Source: a virus
Taxonomy: Duplodnaviria > Caudoviricetes
IMG/VR virus record: IMGVR_UViG_3300011977_000007
Location: 46,264-110,263 of that record
DNA: 64,000 bases
Strand: one strand, 5' to 3'
Part shown: positions 10,276 through 18,845 of the stretch, piece after piece
Layout of the letters: every line of letters starts with the position of its first letter
Position numbering within the stretch: the first letter of the stretch is position 1
Made by a program: the position numbers and the translations under genes
The notes under the pieces: generated by a model
Told to the model about the DNA's origin: nothing
Databases searched by the model: none
What the model saw: only the letters and a program-made list of their open reading frames with translations

Positions 10276-12444
10276 TTGTTTAGAAAAATTACTTATACTG
10301 ATAAAGAAGATATACTTGGCCTTGTTTCTATTGATAATAAAAATAAAGTAACAGCTCAAGATATGAATGATATCAAGAATGCTATTAATGATAATACTAC
10401 AGAATTAGATAAAATAATGGTGCATTTAGCAGGAGATACCATGACTGGTGCTTTAAATTTTAAAGCTAATACTTGGAATAAATATGGTTCTAATGTTGCT
10501 GTTGGAGCTATTAATACTGCCGGTACCCTAGCAGTAAAGGGATTGGATGGAAAAACTACTATTAGATTAGTTCCTAATGGAGCTACTGATAATAATGGTG
10601 TTACATGGGCAGCTAATTCTGCTACAGATTCTACTATTAGTGGCACTCTTAATGGTAGTTTTAAAGGCCCATTAGAAGGAAATGCTGCTACAACCACGAA
10701 GCTTCAAACTGCAAGAACCATTAATGATACTTCATTCAATGGTACTGCTAATATCACTACTGCTAAATGGGGAACTGCTAGAGATATTACATTAGGATTA
10801 ACAAAGAAATCTGTTAATGGTTCTACTAATATGGCATGGACTTTAGCAGAAATGGGCGCTTTACCAGCTGCCGGTGGTAGCATGACTGGCGATATTAAAT
10901 TTTCAAATGTTCAAACTGGAATGCGCGGTATTACGGGAACAGTTGGAGATAATGATAACTGGAGAGTAGTTGGTGTATCTACTGCATCGGATGCTGGATA
11001 TTTAGAAATTGCTACGGCTGATGGGGGAGACGAGCCAATATATGTAAGACAATATTCTTTTAAAGATAGTAATTCATTTGGAACTGTTGCTAGAACTGCT
11101 ACAATATTAGATGCTTCTGGTAATACTACTCTGCCCGGATTATTAACTGTTAATGGTATTCATTCATCTAAAGCTTGTACTTTTGATGATAATTTAACTG
11201 TTAAAAAGAATATTACAGGTAATGGTACCCTGTCAATAGACGGAGTTACAACTCTTAAGAATAATGCAAATATTAACGGTACTTTATCTGTTGATGGAGC
11301 TACAACACTTAAAAATACATTAAGTGTTACTGGAGCGCTTACTGTACATGGTGGTATAACCGGATCTTTAACCGGTAACGCTTCTACTGCAACTAAGTTA
11401 GCTACTGCTAGAACAATTTCTTTAACAGGATCTGTAACTGGTAGTGGTACATTTGATGGTAGTGGTAATTTATCAATAGCCACAACAACGAATCATACAC
11501 ATGCATATTTACCGACTGCCGGTGGTAGCATGACTGGAAATATTAATTTTAATGGTAGAGGTAATAATTATATAGGTGCTGGTCCAAGAGATGGTGCTGG
11601 CGGTGTAGGTGAAGAATTAAATAACCTTGTAATTTCAGCATGGTATGGTGTATCTTTTACAACATTATGCGATGGAAAATATAAAAATAAAAACGCTGTA
11701 AGTATTAATACTAGAACTGGCCATGTGTATGCTAATACTTATCATGGTGCTTTAAGTGGAAATGCTTCTACAGCTACAAAAGCAACGCAAGATTCAGCAG
11801 GACAACAAATTAATACAACTTATATTAAAGGATTATCTGTATCTGGTAGGACTATTACTTATACTAAGGGTAATGGCACTACAGGAACAATTACAACTCA
11901 AGATACCACATACCCTTTTAAAGCTATGACTATTGATGGTAGTTATACTACAAAATATCGTACACAAACAAAAGGTAATACTGCTAGTGGCGATTATATA
12001 ACCACCATAAGAAACGATACAGCTAATGTAAGTAACTCCCCCCAATATGGTTCCGGTTTAGCTTGGGGTAGGGGTGATACACATGGATATATGTATATGA
12101 GTTATAGCTCACCTGAAGCTTATGTTGGTGGTGGCAATGCTGATAAACTTAACTGGGTTAAAAAAATAGGATTTGCTCCGATAACCACTAATGTTATTGC
12201 ATATGCTGGTTGGTGGGGAGGTGGTGCTGCTCCATACACATGCACTATTAATATAGCAAATGTTACAGCAAGTAATGTTGTTGAAGTAGGTTTAGCTTCT
12301 AATGCAAATGATGATCAGGTTAAAGCATGCATGAAAGCAAGTATTGCTAAAATAACCCAAGCAAATGGTTCTATTACATTATATGCTTATGGGACAAAAC
12401 CAACGGTAGATATACCACTTTCTATAGTAATAATGGAAAATTAA
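10276..12444 (+). CDS. long tail fibre protein
   Basis: Repeated GNASTATKL.TAR.I and LP.AGGSMTG.I shaft motifs; C-terminal domain shared with 2915..3460. Confidence 0.85.
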   Translation: MFRKITYTDKEDILGLVSIDNKNKVTAQDMNDIKNAINDNTTELDKIMVHLAGDTMTGALNFKANTWNKYGSNVAVGAINTAGTLAVKGLDGKTTIRLVPNGATDNNGVTWAANSATDSTISGTLNGSFKGPLEGNAATTTKLQTARTINDTSFNGTANITTAKWGTARDITLGLTKKSVNGSTNMAWTLAEMGALPAAGGSMTGDIKFSNVQTGMRGITGTVGDNDNWRVVGVSTASDAGYLEIATADGGDEPIYVRQYSFKDSNSFGTVARTATILDASGNTTLPGLLTVNGIHSSKACTFDDNLTVKKNITGNGTLSIDGVTTLKNNANINGTLSVDGATTLKNTLSVTGALTVHGGITGSLTGNASTATKLATARTISLTGSVTGSGTFDGSGNLSIATTTNHTHAYLPTAGGSMTGNINFNGRGNNYIGAGPRDGAGGVGEELNNLVISAWYGVSFTTLCDGKYKNKNAVSINTRTGHVYANTYHGALSGNASTATKATQDSAGQQINTTYIKGLSVSGRTITYTKGNGTTGTITTQDTTYPFKAMTIDGSYTTKYRTQTKGNTASGDYITTIRNDTANVSNSPQYGSGLAWGRGDTHGYMYMSYSSPEAYVGGGNADKLNWVKKIGFAPITTNVIAYAGWWGGGAAPYTCTINIANVTASNVVEVGLASNANDDQVKACMKASIAKITQANGSITLYAYGTKPTVDIPLSIVIMEN

Positions 12445-12503
12445 AAAATAATGCATTAAAGAAGCTTAATCTGTATAATATAACTTTAATTAACAAAAAA
12501 TAA

Positions 12504-12531
12504 AAACAGTAGGGCTAAGCCCCTACTGTTT
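12504..12531. terminator. bidirectional terminator between convergent genes
   Basis: AAACAGTAGGG/CCCTACTGTTT inverted repeat with A/T runs on both sides. Confidence 0.7.
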
Positions 12532-12981
12532 TACTTCTTCTATTATATCGGGATTCATTATTAATATACTATCGCAATCCCATCCGCATAATGAATAGTA
12601 CAAATCTCGGCATTCGCTAATATTTACTTCAATCGCATCATACTCTTTAGATAATTTTTCAAAATCCAAGAATATGAATATGCTAATACCCCTAAGTAAT
12701 GGTAATTTGTTTTGTGCCATTGGTAATCTAGATAGTATATCAGTATTATTGATATATAATACTTTGGCACCATCTTTTAATTTAAATCTAAATGCATCAT
12801 TCTCATCAATATCTCTAAATTCTTCATCAATGCACCAATCTTTCCACCCAAATTTAGCATCTATTCTAGATGCCCAGAACCCCCCTCTAGGTTTTGTAAA
12901 TAGTTGTATGTTTTCTATAGGCCTACACATTTCCTTACAAAATTTCTTATGCCCGTAATGAACGTATATTGGTTTTTCCAT
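12523..12981 (-). CDS. hypothetical protein (early gene)
   Basis: GGAGG RBS before MEKPIY; KP.GG.W and WDCDS motifs; preceded by the early promoter motif. Confidence 0.6.
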   Translation of the reverse strand: MEKPIYVHYGHKKFCKEMCRPIENIQLFTKPRGGFWASRIDAKFGWKDWCIDEEFRDIDENDAFRFKLKDGAKVLYINNTDILSRLPMAQNKLPLLRGISIFIFLDFEKLSKEYDAIEVNISECRDLYYSLCGWDCDSILIMNPDIIEEVKQ

Positions 12982-13011
12982 ATTAAATTCCTCCATTTCT
13001 TTTATTTATAT

Positions 13012-13029
13012 TATAATATATAATTGAAA
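13012..13029 (-). promoter_or_regulatory. putative phage early promoter TTTCAATTATATATTATA
   Basis: Same 18-mer or close variants ahead of genes at 23596(+), 36553, 42304, 46420, 50466, 50996, 52869, 59725, 60345 (all -); TATATTA core as in phiKZ/AR9-type early promoters. Confidence 0.65.
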
Positions 13030-13079
13030 TTTATTACTATTTTTACATGATGATAAAATAATATAAAGAGGAGTGAAAT

Positions 13080-13613
13080 TTGCATATGATTAGAATAGCT
13101 GTAACTGGCCATAGATATGATAAATTATATGGATACAATTTAAAAGATCCTAGATATATGACATTATATATTATGATTTATAGTCGTATATTTAAAGCTA
13201 TAAAAGAGGATGAAGAACATAAAGTGGAATGTATTACTGGTATGGCTTTGGGAGCTGATACTATATTTGCTATAGCCGCAATAAACTTAAAGCTAAAAGG
13301 TCATAATATACATTTAGTAGCAGCAATACCATTTAAGGGACAAGAATTAAAATGGAATGAGGATTCTATAAAAATATATAATAATATATTAAAATATGCT
13401 GATGAAATAGTTTATGTATGTAATGGTGGATACGCACCATATAAGATGCAAAAAAGAAATGAATATATGATAGATAGATTAACAGGAGTAAATGATATGC
13501 TACTTGCGATATATAATGGTTCTAATAAAGGTGGAACTGCAAATTGCGTTAATTACGCTAAATCTTTAGGTATAAATATTGAATATATAAATCCTTTAGA
13601 GGTACTAGCTTAA
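13080..13613 (+). CDS. SLOG superfamily, YspA/DUF1273-like protein
   Basis: IAVTGHR, ITGMALGAD, MQKRNEYMID, GGTANCV.YA motifs. Confidence 0.8.
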   Translation: MHMIRIAVTGHRYDKLYGYNLKDPRYMTLYIMIYSRIFKAIKEDEEHKVECITGMALGADTIFAIAAINLKLKGHNIHLVAAIPFKGQELKWNEDSIKIYNNILKYADEIVYVCNGGYAPYKMQKRNEYMIDRLTGVNDMLLAIYNGSNKGGTANCVNYAKSLGINIEYINPLEVLA

Positions 13614-13637
13614 TTGCTAGTACCTTTTATTATCTTT

Positions 13638-13649
13638 AACATTTTAATA
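13638..13649 (+). promoter_or_regulatory. putative late promoter AACA-N6-TA
   Basis: AACA TTTTAA TA upstream of the endolysin. Confidence 0.55.
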
Positions 13650-13676
13650 AAATTATAGCAAGGAGGATATATTAAA

Positions 13677-14564
13677 ATGGCAACAGCAAAACAAATTATG
13701 GATAAAGCTATTAGTTATGTAGGTACTAAAGAGAAACCTGCTAATAGTAATAATGTTATTTTTAACACGCATTTTTATGGTAGATCTGTAAGTGGTATCC
13801 AGTATAAATGGTGTGCTGCATTCATATGGGATATTTTTAGAATGTGCGGGGCTTCTAAATTATTTTATGATGGAAAAAAGAGTGCTTATTGCCCTTCTAT
13901 TAAAAATTGGGCTGTTAAAAATAAGCTCACGGTAGATAAATCTAAAGCTAGATATGGGGATATTGTAATTTTTGATTGGGATCATAATAAAATTCCTGAT
14001 CATATAGGATTTATTGAGGACTATAAAAATGGAATCTATTATACTATAGAGGGTAATACTTCTGTTGGCAATGATAGTAATGGTGGTTGTGTAATGCGTA
14101 GAACTAGACTTGCTAATTCTATTTGCTGCGTTATAAGACCAAAGTATTCTAATACTAAATCTAAAGAAGTATCTGCAGATAAAGATACCGGTAATTCTAA
14201 ATCATATATAGGTGATCAGAATTATTATCTTAATAATTCTAGAGTTGGTACATGGCAGGCAGCTATGAATAAAGGTTTTGATACTAAGACTCTTACTGTA
14301 GATAATAAATTTGGTGCTAATTCACAGGCATTTGCATCTACTCATATTCTTTGGTCTGGTCAAGCTCATAACTGTATTACTGCAATCAATTGGCTTAGAA
14401 AGACTCTGCATGACGTATATGGATATAAAGAGCTTCCAGTAACAGGATGCTGGGATGCTACATTAACTAAATATGTAAAGAAATTTCAGAAATCTGTTGG
14501 TGAAAAACAGGATGGAAAAGTTGGTCTTATTACAACATATCATCTTCTTAAGGGTTCTAAGTAA
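13677..14564 (+). CDS. endolysin: CHAP/NlpC-like amidase plus peptidoglycan-binding domain
   Basis: WCAAF, GDIVIFDW, DHIGF, TIEGNT catalytic motifs; C-terminal VKKFQ...DGKVG PG-binding motif. Confidence 0.85.
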   Translation: MATAKQIMDKAISYVGTKEKPANSNNVIFNTHFYGRSVSGIQYKWCAAFIWDIFRMCGASKLFYDGKKSAYCPSIKNWAVKNKLTVDKSKARYGDIVIFDWDHNKIPDHIGFIEDYKNGIYYTIEGNTSVGNDSNGGCVMRRTRLANSICCVIRPKYSNTKSKEVSADKDTGNSKSYIGDQNYYLNNSRVGTWQAAMNKGFDTKTLTVDNKFGANSQAFASTHILWSGQAHNCITAINWLRKTLHDVYGYKELPVTGCWDATLTKYVKKFQKSVGEKQDGKVGLITTYHLLKGSK

Positions 14565-14629
14565 TACATAATAGGGTGGTGTTTTACCACCCTATATATT
14601 TTTAAATTTATGAAGGGAGATGATTTATA

Positions 14630-17600
14630 ATGGGAATTAATGCTCCAAAGCACGTAATACGAAAGCCTAAGCACATTACAAATCCGAAAGACATAGAATA
14701 TATATTGTCCTTAACAGAGGATGAGGCTGCAGCTAAAAATACGATAATGGATTTATTTGCCGATTTTGGAGACGGCCCAAGATTTAATACTTATGATATT
14801 ATAGAAATTCCTAAGGGATCTTATGGTAAAACTAAGAAGAATAAAAATCAATTTACAACTACAGTTGGATTATATGTATTTAATAAAGGCTGCATAGAAG
14901 ATATGTCTGATGTACTGGGATATATTAATGAGCCTATTACTGCTGATAAGTATGATGAAATAAATGAATTAGTATCATATGCTAAATTGGAAGATAAGAT
15001 CACTGTACAGCAGTTGAAAGATTTTATAATACAATCTCAGATTTATATGTCTTGTACTTCAGCATTATCACCATCTCATACAATGGTTCTTCTTTTAATC
15101 TCAGATAAAATTGAGGCTAGAAAGAAACAATTATTAAAAGATAAGTATGGCGAGGCTATAAAGAAGAAAGATATTAAAGCAATGGATGCTCTTGATAAAG
15201 AACTTCTTGATTATGCAAAGGAATTATTAAAAGATGATCCATCTGTTGATATGTTTAATTCTGGTGCTCGTTCATCATGGGGTAAAATTACTCAGCATAT
15301 ATAGTAATATGTGTGTTTCAATGGGGTTAATTGCAGGTAATACCTAAAGGCCTTACGCCAAAACGGAATTTGAAAAAATAAACGGTATGGTACGAAAGTA
15401 GAAAAAACGTAAGGATGCAATAAGCTGAAATAAAATTCTATTATAAATTATAATAGATGCTAAGTTGTAATAACAAGGGTTGTTCATGCAGCGAAATACC
15501 TAAGTCTATATAGATATGGTAAACGTTCAACGACTAGCCGATGACGTCGGCGGCTTTGCCTTAATGTAAAACCACAAGTTAATGGTGGAAGAAAAATCCC
15601 AGCCCTATAAATATAGGGATGACAAATAGTCTCTGCTACTACTTAATCGTAGTGACAACTTGAAATAATATAAGTTGTGTATATAGAGTTGCGTCTATAT
15701 ATAAAGATATAAAAATTATATAATATAAAAATTAAATATAGGTAGATAATTACAATTCTCAAAACACTTCATTAAATCTGTAATGAAAGGTGGTGAGGAT
15801 CGTGAGTAAAATAAATAACAATAAGCAATATTATAAAGGTCATAAATATAAAATATACCCAACTGAGGAACAAAAACAAAAGTTGGATAAATTTATAAAT
15901 CTTTATAGGTACGTTTATAATTGGGCTCTTGCTAAAGAACAAGAGATATATGAATCTTATAAAAATGGTGAAAGTGAAAAATCATTTTATACTTTCTTTG
16001 ATTTGTCAAAAATATTTGTACAATATAGAAATTCGCCTGAAAATAAATGGTTATTAGAATTACCCAACGGTACTGCATGTAATGCGATAAATGAATTGGT
16101 TACTGCATATACAAGGTTTTTTAATAATATTAGTGGGTATCCTAAATTTAAATCTAAGAAAAATTCTAAAAAATCATTTACAACTAGAAATGATAGATTT
16201 TATATAGATAAAAATACTGTAAAAATAGAAGGATTAGATCTAAATGATAGAATTCAATTAGGGTTTGATTCTGAATATAATAAAGATTCTGTTCATCATA
16301 ATACAGTTATATCTAAGGATACTATAGGTGATTATTATGTGTCATTTTGTACTATTGAAGAAAAAATAGAAATTGATAATTCTGATGGTGGGGTAATAGG
16401 TATTGATTTGGGAGTTAGAAATACATTAACAACATCTGTACCTATTGAAGGTGAATATTTTCATCATCAACCATTTAATAAGATTAGTAAATTAAAACGT
16501 AATATATCTAAATTACAAGTTAAAGTATCTCACGATCAATTACGTAGACTTAATGAAGCAAAACGTACGAAAACCAAGTACGAAGACATACCTAAAAGTA
16601 AACGAGAAATTAAGAGAGAAAAAATAATAAATAAGAAATACATTAAGATTCATAATATTAAAAATACATATTATGATACTATTATTAAACGTATTATGGA
16701 TACTAAGCCTAAGGCTGTTGTAATGGAAACTTTTGAATATAATAAAATCATACATTCACAAAAATATATGACTAAATATATGGTTGATACTTCATTTTAT
16801 GATATTACTCAAAAAACAAAGTATCAATGTAATAAAAGAAATATTCCATTTATTCAGGCACCAGTGCAATATGCATCATCCCAAATATGTAGTAATTGTG
16901 GAAATAGGATTAAAATAGGTAATAAAAAGATTTATAGATGCCCTATATGTGGTAATACGTTAGATAGAGATCTTAATGCTGCTTATAATCTCGAAGATTT
17001 TTATTATGACTATACTGGTACTAATAGATTAGTTGCTGTAAGTATAGCGTAATTCGTTTACACATTATTTAGGTTAAATAATGAATTTTAATGTACCGAG
17101 TTTTACTGTTCTCGGGATGTTAAGATCATTGAGAATTGTAAGTATATATCATTTATAAGCCCAACCAGCTTAACGTGTGGTATTCACACGGTTGATATAT
17201 GAATTATGATTTGTTGATATGATAAGTAAATCATAATTATATATTTACCTTTATAGGTTTACATATTATATGATTTTAAATACAGTAACAATTTTAAAAA
17301 CATGTATGTTTCTCGTGGTACTGTTAAATTGACCGATGGATCATTTGATATGGTTACTTCATCATATATATCTGGCCTATCAAAAGAAGATCTTGTTAAA
17401 GCAAATGATGCTGCTGTTGGTGGTCCTTATAGCCGTGCTGTAAAAACTAAAGAGGGTGGATATAATGAAAAGAAAATTCTCTATGGATTACAGCATGTAA
17501 AAGTATTACCTAAAGGATCTGATTGTGGAACTAATAGAACTATAGATGTGACTCTTACTAAAAAGAATATTAAGAATTGGATGTATAGTTTTGTTAAACA

Positions 17601-18264
17601 AGGATCTAATTTAATAGAAATTACATCTGATACTAAAGATAAATTTATTGGAAAAACTGTTAAAATGAGATATTTCTCATTATGTGAATCTAAAAATGGA
17701 ATATGCGAAAAATGTGCCGGAACCTTATTTAATCGTTTGGGAATTTCCAATGTAGGATTAGCAAGTGATATATTTGGTTCTAGACTAAAGAATACTTCGA
17801 TAAACTCTTGTCGCTTCATACTGGTAACAGTGTGTAGAAAATATCTTCTAATTGCTGGAACATGCTAAAGCTCTAATGCCTTAATGGAGAAGAAATTCAG
17901 AAATAAGTTTAGAGATGACTCATGGTGAAATAAAAGCTTATATATCTAATATATAGGTCCTAAAAGTTATTAAAAATGTATAATCAGCAGCGAAGCCTAA
18001 TAATAATTATTAGGAACGTTCAACGACTATCCCGTTTGGTGGTGAAATTCCACAATAGGAGTACGGCCTATATGGTGGGTGAGAATCCCTTAAATGGAAA
18101 TGGAGATATGTCCTCGTATACCTATACGGGGATAGTGATATAGTCTATTATCTAGAGAAATACTAGGTCTATACTAGCGTAAAACGTTAGCTGAGAGGAA
18201 GAGTTTCCATGTGGCTCAAATTAAATTTTCAGATATGGATATAGAAGATGCATTTAATTTATAA
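14630..18264 (+). CDS. phage RNA polymerase beta-prime C-terminal subunit (probably virion RNAP); spliced join(14630..15282,17286..17801,18198..18264), 411 aa
   Basis: Spliced product reads SGARSSWGNNFKNMYVSRG (region F), SRAVKT.EGGY (bridge helix), DCGT, C..C zinc site and NVG...NTSMKSFH (trigger loop); exon sum 1236 nt is a multiple of 3. Confidence 0.85.
15763..15774 (+). promoter_or_regulatory. putative late promoter for intron-encoded tnpB
   Basis: AACA CTTCAT TA, about 28 nt upstream of the tnpB start. Confidence 0.55.
15802..17052 (+). CDS. tnpB: TnpB RNA-guided endonuclease (IS200/IS605/IS607 ORF B)
   Basis: N-terminal KIYPTEEQ...RYVYNWAL; RuvC-I GIDLG, RuvC-II VMET, zinc finger SSQICSNCG...CPICG, RuvC-III DRDLNAA; RBS before GTG 15802 (ORF track starts at 15790). 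Confidence 0.92.
   Translation: MSKINNNKQYYKGHKYKIYPTEEQKQKLDKFINLYRYVYNWALAKEQEIYESYKNGESEKSFYTFFDLSKIFVQYRNSPENKWLLELPNGTACNAINELVTAYTRFFNNISGYPKFKSKKNSKKSFTTRNDRFYIDKNTVKIEGLDLNDRIQLGFDSEYNKDSVHHNTVISKDTIGDYYVSFCTIEEKIEIDNSDGGVIGIDLGVRNTLTTSVPIEGEYFHHQPFNKISKLKRNISKLQVKVSHDQLRRLNEAKRTKTKYEDIPKSKREIKREKIINKKYIKIHNIKNTYYDTIIKRIMDTKPKAVVMETFEYNKIIHSQKYMTKYMVDTSFYDITQKTKYQCNKRNIPFIQAPVQYASSQICSNCGNRIKIGNKKIYRCPICGNTLDRDLNAAYNLEDFYYDYTGTNRLVAVSIA
17053..17285 (+). ncRNA. putative omegaRNA scaffold / intron 3' domain
   Basis: About 230 nt structured non-coding stretch between the tnpB stop and the 3' splice site (hairpins CGTGTG/CACACG and AATTATGATTT/AAATCATAATT); expected position of a TnpB omegaRNA. 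Confidence 0.55.
17802..18197 (+). ncRNA. group I intron (ORF-less) in the trigger-loop Met codon
   Basis: P1 CGAU/GUCG with U.G at the 5' splice site; AATTGCTGG, AATCAGCAG, TTCAACGACTA, GATATAGTC; terminal G; splicing gives AT|G AAG AGT TTC CAT. Confidence 0.88.
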
Positions 18265-18317
18265 ATTAATGTCTAATACTACATTTATGTAATTATAAAT
18301 AAATGGAGGATAATTCT

Positions 18318-18710
18318 ATGGTAAAATCTTATATTAATCTAGCGGAAGAAGTTGGTAATAAAATGATTATGAATCCGACCATTAAAGTACAATATACATA
18401 CCAAATTGGTGACTACGCATATGGTAGAATAGATGTGTTTTATCCTGGCATATGGTATGGTACATTATGGGCAGTTGAATATATGGTCGATACTAATAAA
18501 GTTATAAATGAACGATGTTATGGTGGAGCTATGATTTATACAACAGAGCAAGATAAATATCCAAAGATTCCACATGAAATTATTATAGATTATTTTAATA
18601 ATTTTATGAAGAATCCTGAATCTTCTTTACAAGATACTGAATCTATTGATCTTGAAAAAGAATTATCTATCAGAAATATGCCGATTAGTGTATTATCTGA
18701 AGAAAAATAA
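18318..18710 (+). CDS. hypothetical protein
   Basis: GGAGGA RBS, ORF of about 130 aa. Confidence 0.6.
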   Translation: MVKSYINLAEEVGNKMIMNPTIKVQYTYQIGDYAYGRIDVFYPGIWYGTLWAVEYMVDTNKVINERCYGGAMIYTTEQDKYPKIPHEIIIDYFNNFMKNPESSLQDTESIDLEKELSIRNMPISVLSEEK

Positions 18711-18845
18711 AAAATGAATACTCAGCTATTTCATCAAACTATGTTATTAGAAATTTTATTAGAGAGTGGTTAATTCCACTCTCTTAAATTTTATAATTCT
18801 TAGGACAAGTAATTAAATTAATATTAAGGAGGTACTATAAACACT

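Larger units (their letters stand above)
15283..17285 (+). mobile_element. group I intron carrying TnpB (IStron-like, no tnpA)
   Basis: Core motifs AATTGCAGG, CATGCAGCG, TTCAACGACTA (P7 15532-15536) and AAATAGTC (15627-15631); terminal G at 17285; tnpB lies 3' of the core. Confidence 0.85.

Noticed and set aside
15282-17288. GTAA at both ends as a target-site duplication or spliceosomal GT-AG signal
   Set aside because: TnpB-family elements make no TSD and a group I core is present; the match is compatible with P1/P10 pairing
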